NCBI RefSeq assembly: GCF_000315625.1
Contig: NW_005434423.1
Coordinates: forward strand, 1-34,974
Direction: 5' to 3'
Source of the DNA: Guillardia theta CCMP2712
Lineage: Eukaryota > Protista > Cryptophyta
DNA length: 34,974 bases
The position numbers and the translations under genes are program-made. The notes beneath the pieces are model-generated. The model was not told the DNA's origin. It did no database searches and saw only the letters and a list, made by a program, of their open reading frames with translations. Below are positions 1 through 11,461 of the stretch, piece after piece. How positions within the stretch are numbered: the first letter of the stretch is position 1; each line of letters opens with the position of its first letter.

Positions 1-1458
1 CGTGGAGGAGAGGTCGATGATGCGGATCGTGTGGTCGCGGCTGTCCGCAACGAGGAGGGACTGCCCGGCAAAGTCCACCGCCACCCCCGTAGGGTTGTAG
101 AACTTCGCCGCTGCCCCATTGACATTGTCGACCAGGCCGTTCGTCCCATCCCCCGCTAGCACGCTCAGGGTGGGAGTCGGGGTAGTCCAGTCCGCCTGCT
201 GGATCTGGTGGTCCGACTCGAAGGCGATGTACAGCTTTGGACCGAAGACATCCAATCCGAGCGGGTAGCCCGCCGTCTGGCTCGCAGATAGAGTCAAGAC
301 AAGGCTCACGGAGAGCGTCACCAGGTCGATCTTCCGCACATTATTCGTATCCACCACAATCAGCCAACCCATGTCGTCCGTGATCGCAAGGCCGCGGGGA
401 AGGTTGAAGAGGGTATCTCCCGCGTTGTTGTTGATAGTAGAGGTTGTAGCAGTAGTCGTGCAGGTGCCTGCAAAGACCACCACCGCCGCCGTCGTCAGGT
501 CAATACGTCGGATGCAGTTGTTGTTGTAGTCGGATACGTAGGCATATGACTCGGTCCAATCGAGAGTAACATCTACGGGTTTGTTGAATTGAGCAAGTAC
601 TCCAACCGCATCGTTATACCCGGCAGTCCCACTCCCTGCCAGCGTGCTCATGTAACCGCTGACAATATCCACCTTCCGTATCGCATGGTTCCCGCTGTCC
701 GCAACAAGGCAGTACACTAGCCCGCACATCAGATTATAAGGAGTGTTCAACTTGGAANNNNNNNNNNNNNNNNNNNNNNNNNNNNNNNNNNNNNNNNNNN
801 NNNNNNNNNNNNNNNNNNNNNNNNNNNNNNNNNNNNNNNNNNNNNNNNNNNNNNNNNCCGCAAATGCTGAGCTTCTGACAGTCGGAAACGCTCTGGGCAC
901 TCCACATCGGGGAAGTGTCCCCTTCAGGGCAAAGGCCATAGTCAGTCTCCGAGCCCCCAGCAAAGTAAAGCGCCGTCGGGTTCATCGCAGGCACACAGAA
1001 GTCCTCGGAAGCACTGCCGGTTTTGGCGATTTGTGTCGAAGTATAGCCAACCTCCTTGACGCGGAGGATGATGATGCCAGAACCGCCATTGCATCCATTT
1101 GAACCAAAACGTCCACCCCCACCCCCACCTCCTGTCCCCGACATACCATCGGCGCATTCGAATTGAGCAGGGTTAGCACCAGCACTAGTAGTATATCCTC
1201 CAATACCTCCACCCCCTCTCCCACCCAATCCATATGAATTGACACCACCCCCACTCCAAGAATGACCACCTCCCCCACCACCAACCCATCCAGAATCTCC
1301 GAATGAAGTAAACCCAAATACACCAGACACATCAATTCCAATGCCGCCATCACCAGCCTTCGATCCACAAACACCTGTCTTTCCATAACTTCCAGCCCCT
1401 CCACCACCACCATGAGCATGTGATGGAGCTACACCACATGCAATAACATCACCAGACC
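1..1458. repeat. Terminal direct repeat, copy 1 (matches 33518-34974); indicates circularity or tandem repetition
   Basis: 1-757 matches 33518-34274 and 858-1458 matches 34374-34974. The ORF track gives identical peptides at offset 33516 (942..1157 = 34458..34673). Confidence 0.97.
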
Positions 1459-4400
1459 CTCCATCATTGCCATACTGAAAAAAACCATCATACACCATAT
1501 TGTTTGAATTACCACCTGAACATCTACTTGCGTCACCCATAGATGCACCCCCTCCACTTCCACCATTTGCACCAGAACCACAGGTGAAAGGACTTCCATT
1601 CATTCTACCACCTCCAGCACCACCCCCCTTTGCAACATATGTAGCAAAAGTCGAATCATAACCATTGTTTCCAACGCACGGTGCTGAACCGCATATTCCC
1701 ACCCCAATACCTCCTTTACCTACATTTGAAACGAAAGTTCCTGAATTGAATGCAATATCAAGACCAAGAAGCACACCACCAGCACCACCCCCTGCTCCTC
1801 CACCTGTTGTTCCACCACCACCCCCAACAATCAAAATATCCACCACCATCGGCCTGCTGAACGTCACCGAATAAGTGGCCTGGTTTCCTGTCCCGTAGTA
1901 TGTGAGATAGTAGACGAAGCCCAGCGACCCAGCCCCGAGCTCCAGCACGGTGGGGATCGGGGAGATTATGAGCTGTGTCATCTTGCAGTCAGTACAGGGA
2001 GCGTAGCCGGTGGGGCACGACTGGCAGGTGCCCGTGGAGTCGGGGTACTGGTTGATCAGACAGGTCGAAGGTGTGTAGCAATCGTCGATGCTCCTTGCCT
2101 TGCCCGGGGCGCTGATTTTTCCAGAAGGGCAGCTCACACAGGTAGGCGTACTCAGAGTCCAATCGTAATACTGGTTCGCTTGGCAAGGATTTGTTTGGCA
2201 AAAGCACTCGTTGGTCGAGCCGGATGGGGAGATCTGGCCGTTGGTGCATTTCTGGCATGCAAAGATGTCTGCTAAACGCCATACATTCGCAACACCCGTA
2301 GAGAAATACAGCTTGGTAAAATCCTCAGAAAATGCAAGTGATTTTGGATTGGTTAAAGTGGTCGAAAGTGCATTGAAATTATCCACGTTTGTTGCAGTGC
2401 CGGTTCCTATCAACACGCTGACATACAGATCCGAAATGCGGATAGTCTTGATAAGATTGTTGCTGGCATCAGTCACAATCAAATAATTGTAACTAGGGGA
2501 AAACAAAAGGATTGCTGGATTACGGAATCTTACTGATGCTCCAAATCCATTAACATTCCCCGATGTGCCATCAAGACCAATAAAATTTGTGACTGCCAAT
2601 GTTGTAAGATCCAATCTCTTTATCACATGTCTGTCATGACAAGTGAAATAAGCATACGTTTCATCTTTATCAATGGCAATATTGTGAGCCGTGCAGGTTC
2701 CGGTAGAAATCGATGGGTTCGACTTCGTGTATGGAGAATTATAATCAATGGTCCGTATACCGTTAGATTCTGAAATGTATATCAGATTCTGCCTCTTACA
2801 AAATGCTGAACACAATGGATAATTGAATCTAGCATTCGTTCCTACTCCAGTGTTCGTTCCACTTGACCCAGACACACCAATGCGTTGTATTACTGTGGCT
2901 GTTTCTCCCCAAGATGGAATCGTCAAAATATCAACTACATGACCTGAATAATAACAGACAACCATCTTCTGATTATCGATAATACGAAGATCGATTGGCA
3001 GATTGGGCGTTGCGGACAGGAATATACTATTTGAGCTGGTATCACTTTCCCTTATCATCCGCAAATTTCCTGGGCTAGAATGTTCACACCAGTATAGTAT
3101 TCCATTAAAAACAAACGAACCATGCGGTTGAGCGGTGGTTGTACTGATACTCCTGATATTCCTTGCATATTTTACATCACCCAGACCATACAAGTTTTGT
3201 AAGCAAGGGCTTTTATCATCACATGTCCCACTGTTCGAACTCGCATACGCCGGAGACACAGTCCCCGCCGCACACGCCACGCACTGCCCACTCGTGGAAT
3301 CGTAGTAGGAGCCGGCCGCGCATGGAGTCTTACAATCACAGATCGAGAGGGAGTTGCCGGCAGAGTTCCCGGAGGGGCACGCCGCACACCCACCGTTGAC
3401 CGTGTCCTGGAAGGTGTCCACTGGGCAGCCGGCAGGGGCGGTGCAGTCCGAGGTGGAGTAGGCCTTACCCGCGGCGGATACAGTGCCGCTAGGACAGGAT
3501 TGGCAGGAGACTGTTGCGGTGTCGTAGTACTGGTTCGCGGTGCAGGGAGAGGTACAGCCGTAGAGATCGGAACCGGGTCTCGATGTGCCACCGCCGGGGC
3601 AATCCTGACACGTGTTGGAGCTGTCAAGGTACTGATTCGCAAGACAGCCCTGGCACCCATTCAGGAGATAGAAAGCGGCCTTCTTCCCTGCACTGGTCGT
3701 AGAGAACCACTGGGAGGCAGTAGCCCCGTTAGCCCCGGACTCGGCAAACGCCCCCTTCCCTGCGACGTTGAAATTGAAGTAACTCCATGCGTTATTCTTG
3801 TTGAGGTAGTCAATCTCGGAACTATACACATTGAAGTCAACCCAGGGCTTGTTCCCACTGTCAGACCAAGCATAGGCCATACTCGCAGAAACGCTAAAAG
3901 CCCCGTACGCATCCGTCACCCGCTCGTAGATCGCAAGCCAATTGTCGATGTCACAGTCATAGCACACCCTCGCAATAGCCGCGCTCCCCTGCGAGGCGAC
4001 CATCCAATTAAACAATGCGTCGAGGTCGTTGAGAGGCGATGAGATGGCAGAATTCAAGTTTGTGACTCCAGGGAAGCCACCGGATATGACCAGTTGCGGG
4101 TCAAAGTACCAGGTCTTGGCGTAAGTGCCGGGGGGACAGCCGGTGGGATAGTAGAGCGGGAAATAATGCTGGTCGACGTCGAACTGGGTGAAGCTATAGT
4201 TATAAATTCGGAAATCATCGATAGAGCCATCTGTTTTACCAGCAGCTGCCCAATTTGCCCTTGCAATATACCAATTTCTACTTGAAACAGTAGATATTGA
4301 CCCTATAACTTGCTGATTGCATCTGTCACATATAATCTCACCATTAAACCAAACAGTAAAATACGCATCCGATTGCACTGATATACAAATATGAAACCAT

Positions 4401-7400
4401 TGTGAATATATCACTGGAATATTGTTCATGATAGTCTTACCACTGTTACCATTGAATGCTTGTATCCAGACACCAACACCCGCTGCTTTCGTGTTTTGAA
4501 ACATTATATTACTGTTTGGTGCACCCCCGCCAAAATCAAAGAACCTAGAATCTGTTCCAGTTAAAGACGTCATGTAAGCCCATAAACTAAATGTTATTCC
4601 AGTAGCTTGTTGTATTCCTCCAATATCAATCGTATTCGGCACCGTCATATACTGCTGCGTTCCAGCCGCACTGAACTTCACAGCCCCATCCCCCCTCCTC
4701 CCCTGCCCCTGCGTCGCCCCGTAGTTCGTCGCATCGTTACCGTTTCCGGAACTATCCAGCCCGAGGTTGTTCGGGTCCTCGAACTGGTAGCTCACCAGCG
4801 GCGCGTACGGCTGGCAGCCATCCACGGAAGTCGCCCCGACGGAGTACGTCGTGGTCATGTGGGGGCAGCGGTCGCACCTCTTCATGCCGGATCCATCGTC
4901 GTAATGTCCATAATCGCAGCCCACACACTGGCTTGCCGTGAAGTTGGGTGTGTGGTAGTCGCCCTCGCAGTGGACGCAGTCTTTCAAGAGATAGAACAAC
5001 GCCTTCTTTGAAGATCCAACAGTGACGCCACTGGTGGAGAGAAATTGAGAACTTGCCGCCGCGGTAGGCCCACAATCCCTGAAGGCACCAGTGCTTCCGT
5101 CATAGTTGCAGTAACCCCAAGTGTTGACATCATTCAGATAGTCGTATTCAGACCCAAACAACTTAAAGTCCACCCCCATGCTGTTATCCGTAGCGCTCCA
5201 GGCATAGAGCATATTCGAAGACACGCTCCAAGTATCCTTGTACGTGATGCGCTTGTAAAAGATGAGCCAGTGTGTCAGGGCACAGTCATAACAAACCCTA
5301 ACGATAGTGCCATATCTGTTGCTCGCAACAAGGAGCTTAAAGGCATCGTCCCAGCTCGCCACCGGGGCACTCGCGGCGGCGTTCAGATCCGTCACGCCCG
5401 GGAAGCCCTTGCTGGCCACCAGCTCCGGGTAGTGGTACCCGAGCGGGTTCGGGTTGTAGCTGTCGCGGATGCAGCCGGTCGGGTAGAAGAGCGGATAGTA
5501 GTGCTGCTCGACGTCGAATTGGGTAAACGGAAAAGGATAAACGCGGAAATCATCAATGGCACCATACAATCGATAACTACCACCGTTTCCTATTCTCCAA
5601 ATTGGAGTTGTGACTGAACCCATTTTCCTTTTCGTTAATTTGTTGTGGACCAATTCACCATTAAACCAAATCATGTATGCATTTGCATTATCTGAACCAT
5701 CGTCGGGTAAAATTGACCAAACAATGTGATGCCAAGTACTATATGGGCGATTAACTTGAACGAATGAAGCACTTCCACTATCATAAGCCGCTATAGCAAA
5801 ATCTAAATTATTGCTTTGGATCAATAACCCATTCCCACCATCCCTGAAAAAAATGATATTTGAATAAAGATTGGTAGACGACGTTCTGTATAACCAGAAA
5901 GACAGCGTTATACCACCACTTTGCTGTATTGCACTGAAATCATGTATCCCATTCAGCACTAGATTTTGATTAGTAGAACTTCCATCAAAGTATGCAGCAC
6001 CGCTTCCTCTCCTTCCCATTCCAAACGTTACACCCCCTGTATTTGTTGCATGATCTCCATACCCCGAGCTATCATATCCCAAATCATTCGGATCATCAAA
6101 CTGAAGGCTGGTGAGCGGCTCATAAGCCGTGCATTGGCTTAAAGAAGTAGCCCCCACCGCAGCAGTCGTGGTCATGTGAGGGCAGCGGACGCAGGTCTGG
6201 GTGCCGGTGCCGTCATCAAAGTAACCAATTTCACACTTACATTCTGATACAGAATTTGAACCAATTGATCCTGTAGTATAGTCACCAAGACATGCCATAC
6301 ACCCAAAGTCAGGTGCTATATTTTCTAGAATTCGAAGATCGTCCCCAGTGTTCTGATAAGTCAAAAAAGCATACAAGACATTATCCATATCTTCACTACT
6401 TAATACCTGATCCCATATGTAAACCTGGGAGAAGGCAAAATTGCTAGATTGCGAAGAAATACCATCGTTGATACGCAAAGCATTGTTTCCAGATCCACCT
6501 GTAGCCAAACCTTTATCCCATATTGTAAAACCTTGCTTCAAGGAAGCCATCTTGACATTTGTTGGAATTACACCTCCGTTGGTAGCACATACACTTAACC
6601 AATCATCCGCATTATTCAGTCCCCAAAACAGACTTTCTGTATTGTAACTCGTACCAAGAAATACTATTCCTGCTTTACCATTTGTTCCACCAGCCGTGTC
6701 AATATGACCCAATGCAAAATTACTGTTTCCTTGCAAGACCCTGCTTCTAGACCCACCATTATATCGAATCATAGCACATATAGTGAAAGTACTTGGTATA
6801 CTGTTAGTAGGCCAATACATTTTTTCAGCAGTCGTCCCTTTGACGTAAGCAACAGATCCCACTGCACCGCTACCACTCTCAAATCCAGATGAAAAACCAC
6901 TGCCTACGACTGTTACTGATGCCCTACTACCAAGAGAATCAGGTATTCCCGAACCAGTCCAATCTTCAGCATGGTAAATTCCCCATGGTATTTTTGTATC
7001 TAAAAGATTACCCAACCTTTGATAAGAATTACTATAGATACTTTCGCCATTCGTAGAATATGTCCCCTTGTTGCATTGAGCCAAGTTTTCATCAGTTGAT
7101 AAAACACATTGTGTTGATGTTGTAGATCCTGTTGCTAAAGTTGTATATCCATCAGGACATCTAGTGCAACCATCTATTGTTATTTCTTGGAAAGACATGT
7201 AGTCAGCACTTGGTTTATTCCAGTAAATGAACACATATCTGCCTCTCAATGAACATCTCACTGTTAATTTTTCATTATTTGTAGAAAAGTCAAAATACCC
7301 AGTTCCACATTGTGCATTATTCAATGCCGTTGTTGAATCACCGATTAATATTCTTGAATAATCGTTCTGTTGTGGACAACAATCTACTCTGCTCCATAAA

Positions 7401-7756
7401 CTGACTTCCTGTACATCTTTCGAACTCCCGAGATCAATCCTAAACCAGAATGTTGTGTAAGTTGTTCCGACCGGGCTTGAGTGATATCCTGATGCAGTTG
7501 TATCATAATTATTATCAACAGCACCCGCAAAACTAAAACCAGTCCATGCTCCACCGCTCAGAGAAGCCAACGAACAACTACTGGGTGTTGTACCACAATC
7601 TTCTAACGACTCCATAAATCCTGATGCTCTATATGTCCCAATTGGACAAACACCAGGAACATGATTGTAGGACGTTTGCACTGAAACTGATAAAATTGAG
7701 ATGAATAAAAAACACAAATAAATTTCCACTTTTGCAATAGAGTTCCAATGCCTCAT
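1..7756 (-). CDS. Giant secreted Cys-rich repeat/multi-lectin protein, 5' part. Continues across the circle junction to 33233 (2679 aa), or to 32119 with a +1 shift (~3050 aa). Order: signal peptide, F-type lectin (FTP/F5-8C-like), ConA-like, 2x [LamG + unknown domain], NHL propeller, Gly-rich domain, second NHL propeller, all within GCC2_GCC3/ephrin-receptor-like Cys repeats
   Basis: ATG 7756 gives MRHWNSIAKVEIYLCFLFISILSVS (signal-like). Motifs: AVDNN..YHS..WFRIDLG..WSRVDCC (F-lectin); TLSFW..WHHIV..GAIDDFRVY (LamG, twice); GTNARFNYP, ASVRFRNP, AAKFYNPTGVAVD (NHL); DILIVGGGGG..GGSGIIILR (Gly-rich); recurring CxxCPxGxxSxxGSxSxxxC. Confidence 0.9.
758..857. other. Scaffold gap (100 N); true content is 99 bp
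   Basis: The same flanks in the second copy enclose 34275-34373 (99 nt). The 1-nt excess creates the false stop at 734 in the ORF track. Confidence 0.95.
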
Positions 7757-7841
7757 GCTTCCGACACCTATCTCTTGAACAACCAGCACACCAACTGATA
7801 TATGTGGCCCACCCAGACCCGCGGAACGGAGCACGGGAGTG

Positions 7842-8690
7842 ATGGAGAGCCTTTACCGCGGCGAGGACAGCGACGGGACGGGCAGGTCGGAGCCAAAAAA
7901 TGGGGGGATGGGTAACGGGGGTAACGGTTCAGCGTTCGATGTCTCGTTGGTGGGGCGGGCCCGGCAGGGGTTCCGGATGCCTGTGAGTGGGGTTCTTGGT
8001 CATAGCTCCAAGCCGCCCACCGTCGCACCTACAAAGCCGATCACACAGAGACCAGTGACAAGCGGTCCGCGGATGGTGCCGCCGCCTGACAGGGTTATTA
8101 GTCCATCTCTAAAAGATTCAGACAGTGCCTACAGCCTTGCGACCGACGACGGGGCGAGCTCGAAGCACCCGGAGATCGTCAGGACGGGATACATACTATC
8201 CTTCACTATAGTCATCATGACAACCTGCATCCTAGAGAACCGGGGCAACGTCTTTGCGCTGAACCTTGCGATGCTGGCGGCGATGCCGCTGCTGAGTGCT
8301 ACCATGGTATTGCACAGCAGCTCTCAAGGGAGGATACGGTATTCGTTGCTTGCTATGGTGGGGGTCACGTGCCTCTCGGCATCGTCTATATCTATAATCC
8401 TCTCGGACACGACGCTCTCCCTCCTGCGGCACACACCCGGCCTGCTCTGTTTGACTCTATTCTTCTACGGGATGTCGACAGCCTGGCGGCGGATGATGTC
8501 GGCGGTCTGCTCGGTGCTCATATTGCTATGTATCATAACCTCCGCAATCGTCGACGCCAACTTCGAGAACAAGCAGACCATGGTTTTAGCGACGTGCCTG
8601 ATCTTCGGTCTCTTGTTCCTAGAATCCAACGTCGCGGTGACACCGCTGGCGTGTAAGAAAGAAGAAGGGGGGTGCATGGGGATAGTATGA
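7842..8690 (+). CDS. Hypothetical membrane protein: disordered Pro/Gly/Ser N-terminus plus ~6 transmembrane helices
   Basis: Six hydrophobic segments from YILSFTIVIMTTCIL to TMVLATCLIFGLLFL; AATAAA at 8694-8699. Start codon uncertain. Confidence 0.8.
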   Translation: MESLYRGEDSDGTGRSEPKNGGMGNGGNGSAFDVSLVGRARQGFRMPVSGVLGHSSKPPTVAPTKPITQRPVTSGPRMVPPPDRVISPSLKDSDSAYSLATDDGASSKHPEIVRTGYILSFTIVIMTTCILENRGNVFALNLAMLAAMPLLSATMVLHSSSQGRIRYSLLAMVGVTCLSASSISIILSDTTLSLLRHTPGLLCLTLFFYGMSTAWRRMMSAVCSVLILLCIITSAIVDANFENKQTMVLATCLIFGLLFLESNVAVTPLACKKEEGGCMGIV

Positions 8691-8737
8691 GATAATAAAA
8701 CTAAGAACTTTACTTGTACGCAAACTAGGACCAATGA

Positions 8738-9574
8738 TTACTCCTTGCGCTGCTTCTTCTCGACAGAGCTAGCCGCGCCTTCGCTGGCTGCCCTCTTCAC
8801 TGGGAGGGCGGCACTTTTCGTGGATTTCATCATTGGTACCGTCCTCACGAGGTTGGCTGACGCGGCGTCTACCTCCTTCTGGATCCGAGGCTGCATTTTC
8901 TGGTCGACGGCGGAGGTGGTGATGATAATGCAGAGTGTCATCTTGCTCTGCATAACCGTATCGTAGATGGCATCGATTCCACCGAGGGCCTCGATCTTCT
9001 GCTTCATGCCGCGCGCCTGCAACTTATACTCGGCATCCAAACGCAGCCGTTTCCCTTGAAATTCGAGGAATTTGAGGGTTTCGGGGAGGTCGAAGAACGA
9101 GGTGTTGTTCTTCTTCTGAAACAATCTAACAAAGTCAGTAATGTTCTTGGATTCGTAGCGAATGATCTTATTGTTTTTGGGATCCTTGATTGCCTTCTCT
9201 TCGTACTGCGTGGTGAAGCTCTTGGGAAAGTTTTCCATGCTGCTGCCCTCGGCCAGGTAGAGGGAGGTGTTCACCTGCTGCACGCGGATGCATTCCCTGA
9301 TGTGATCGTGACTGCACTTCTTGCACCCCGCCAAGTGATTGCTGAAATTTTCGACCAGGAAGAAATGGATGCACTCCCCAAGCTTGTGCAAAAGGCTGTG
9401 ATGCACGAATTCGGGCGGGTTGAAGCCAGCGGGTAGCTTCCACAGATACGGAGCGACGTATGGCAACTTTAGATTCTGGTTCCAAAGCCAGGGTGCACCA
9501 AGGCGGTAGAGTCCAGTGGACGGGATATCCTTGATCCTGTAGACGCGCAAAGGTGTTGGATTTTGATCCGACAT
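8738..9574 (-). CDS. Hypothetical basic, probably nuclear protein (278 aa) with HxxxCxxCxHxH cluster and C-terminal bipartite NLS
   Basis: Start reassigned to ATG 9574 (MSDQNP), with TATAAAA at 9617-9611; the upstream extension is antisense to the 9683 gene. C-terminus VKRAASEGAASSVEKKQRKE. Confidence 0.8.
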   Translation of the reverse strand: MSDQNPTPLRVYRIKDIPSTGLYRLGAPWLWNQNLKLPYVAPYLWKLPAGFNPPEFVHHSLLHKLGECIHFFLVENFSNHLAGCKKCSHDHIRECIRVQQVNTSLYLAEGSSMENFPKSFTTQYEEKAIKDPKNNKIIRYESKNITDFVRLFQKKNNTSFFDLPETLKFLEFQGKRLRLDAEYKLQARGMKQKIEALGGIDAIYDTVMQSKMTLCIIITTSAVDQKMQPRIQKEVDAASANLVRTVPMMKSTKSAALPVKRAASEGAASSVEKKQRKE

Positions 9575-9610
9575 GACAGATTGCCTTGCCCGCCCTCCCA
9601 GCCCGCGCGC

Positions 9611-9653
9611 TTTTATATGGAAACACACGAGGGTGCGACGCCATCGATTTAAA
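9611..9653. promoter_or_regulatory. Divergent core promoters: TATAAAA (minus) and GATTTAAA (plus)
   Basis: Boxes lie 43 and 37 nt from ATG 9574 and ATG 9683. Confidence 0.6.
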
Positions 9654-9682
9654 CGTACTGAAGATCCCGCCATGCCAGAGAC

Positions 9683-10510
9683 ATGGCCTTCACGGTGCTG
9701 TTCGCGGCGCTGCAGTTCGCGGTTGCGCTGACGGCCATCGTGGTGACCTCCAAGATCGTAGGCCCGCGCCTGTACTACTACCACACGAGGATCACAACGC
9801 ACAACATGGACGCGCTTTGGTCGCGGAACGTGTCCTTCGTGGCGCTGCACCCGGGAGGGATGGACGATATGGGGATGGGGGGTGCGGGGTTTGACAGCGT
9901 CACGGCTTCGCAGGGCAACCGCATCATGCCATCGCACCTTGACTCCGTAACCTTGACCATCCTCCCTGTCCTTCTTGTGACCCTCTGGACGACGATGACG
10001 ATCTTCAAGCTGCCTGAGAGCAGGCAGTCGTGCTCGAAGATATCACCCGAAGACTCCTATTCACACGAGACCATGCAGGAGCACGCCACCTGGCACATCC
10101 TCTTCTTTGGCATCCTCTTCGTCCTGAACGCGGCCTTTGTCGTCTACGTCTGCAGCCCGGTCGACCTCCCCGTCGTCACCCTCGTCACCTGCATCCTCGT
10201 CCTGGCGGGGGAGATTGTCACGCTCCCGCGCGGGGAGGAGGAAGGGCATACGCTCGCTAACTTCCTCCGGTCTCTGTCACTATTGTTAATGCTAATTGTG
10301 TATACCTTCCTGTACTCCCAAGCCAGGAATGACGCAGAAGGGGTCATGGCAGCCGTCGCCGCCCGCTTCTTCCTAGACATGATCCTCGTCATCTGCCACA
10401 CAGGGAATGGAGTCGTCATGGAGCACATCGTGGAGTGCCGCGTCCTGTATGTCGTCTGCAACAGCGTCCTCCTGACATCGCTCTATGCCTGCTGGGGGAG
10501 GTGGAGGTGA
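9683..10510 (+). CDS. Hypothetical ~7-transmembrane protein
   Basis: Seven hydrophobic segments, GC3-rich codons, GATTTAAA 37 nt upstream. Confidence 0.85.
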   Translation: MAFTVLFAALQFAVALTAIVVTSKIVGPRLYYYHTRITTHNMDALWSRNVSFVALHPGGMDDMGMGGAGFDSVTASQGNRIMPSHLDSVTLTILPVLLVTLWTTMTIFKLPESRQSCSKISPEDSYSHETMQEHATWHILFFGILFVLNAAFVVYVCSPVDLPVVTLVTCILVLAGEIVTLPRGEEEGHTLANFLRSLSLLLMLIVYTFLYSQARNDAEGVMAAVAARFFLDMILVICHTGNGVVMEHIVECRVLYVVCNSVLLTSLYACWGRWR

Positions 10511-10553
10511 GATATTTAAAATTAGAAGAGAACCAGAGAGTCAAACATCAGGG

Positions 10554-11258
10554 ATGTCACACTGGATAAAACGAGAGGAAAAAGATATGACGGCAGAGGA
10601 GCAAATTGTTCAACTTATCGCAAATTTACTGTACGACGAACTCCTGGATAGAGGGTATGACACATTGGAAAAACGCTACCGCTATCTCACAGATGTGATA
10701 TTCGTCGAGGATGTACGCGATTTCACTGCCACCAATATTCAATGGACGAACAGAAATTTCTGGGAACGCAAAGTATGCGAGTCGGCGAAAGACAAGGAAA
10801 ACAAATCCGTATACATGAAAGTGCTCAGAAAAGCCTCTATGGTTTTAAGAAGGCACAATAATGTCCACGAAAGAAACGTATTTGCGACAAGGATGGGGTT
10901 GCTGTCCCAAAGTGTAGTATCAGGCATACTGATCGATGACGTAAAGCCAATCGACGAATTCAAAGCCATCGTCAACACTCTGAATGATCTTCTAGACAAT
11001 ATCAGCAAGCATACGATATACAAGGGGATCAAGGAAGATAGACAGGATGTAGAAAACATCGTAAAACAAATCGAAGAACACACAAGGAAACAACACGATT
11101 CGCTTTGGGGTAATCTGACAGAATCATCTCGAATCAAAACTAATACAGATAAATTTAGAAAAAAGAGAAGGATGCCCGAACAAACGAACGTTTACGATGA
11201 TGTCAGAGATGTAATCGTCATCATCCTGGACCTAGGGGTGCAGGCATACCTCATATAA
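10554..11258 (+). CDS. Hypothetical AT-rich, charged helical protein (234 aa)
   Basis: Long open frame in AT-rich DNA; TATTTAA at 10513-10519 supports ATG 10554. Confidence 0.75.
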   Translation: MSHWIKREEKDMTAEEQIVQLIANLLYDELLDRGYDTLEKRYRYLTDVIFVEDVRDFTATNIQWTNRNFWERKVCESAKDKENKSVYMKVLRKASMVLRRHNNVHERNVFATRMGLLSQSVVSGILIDDVKPIDEFKAIVNTLNDLLDNISKHTIYKGIKEDRQDVENIVKQIEEHTRKQHDSLWGNLTESSRIKTNTDKFRKKRRMPEQTNVYDDVRDVIVIILDLGVQAYLI

Positions 11259-11341
11259 AATGGACTCATACGCATTCATGGCTTGTGAGGTGGAGGTAAA
11301 GACAAATAGGATCATAAAAGCCCCTTAAACTTTAACGAGAA

Positions 11342-11461
11342 ATGGACGCAGTCAAGGAACGCATCATCTACACAGTGGTATCCTACCTCTCGGTCGGTCT
11401 GTCGCTGAACCTAGCCCTGTACTGCCTCGTCAACAACTTCAGGTTCGATTGCGGGGTGTGA
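11342..11461 (+). CDS. Small 39-aa single-pass membrane protein (below ORF-track cutoff)
   Basis: MDAVKERIIYTVVSYLSVGLSLNLALYCLVNNFRFDCGV*; GC3-biased codons; AATAAA at 11464-11469 directly after the stop. Confidence 0.6.
   Translation: MDAVKERIIYTVVSYLSVGLSLNLALYCLVNNFRFDCGV

Noticed and set aside
734-857. Apparent C-terminus (FQVEHSL*) of the 2366-aa ORF
   Set aside because: Artefact of a 100-N gap replacing 99 real bases; the second copy reads through in frame.
9575-9937. N-terminal extension of the 399-aa ORF
   Set aside because: Antisense shadow of the 9683 membrane-protein gene.
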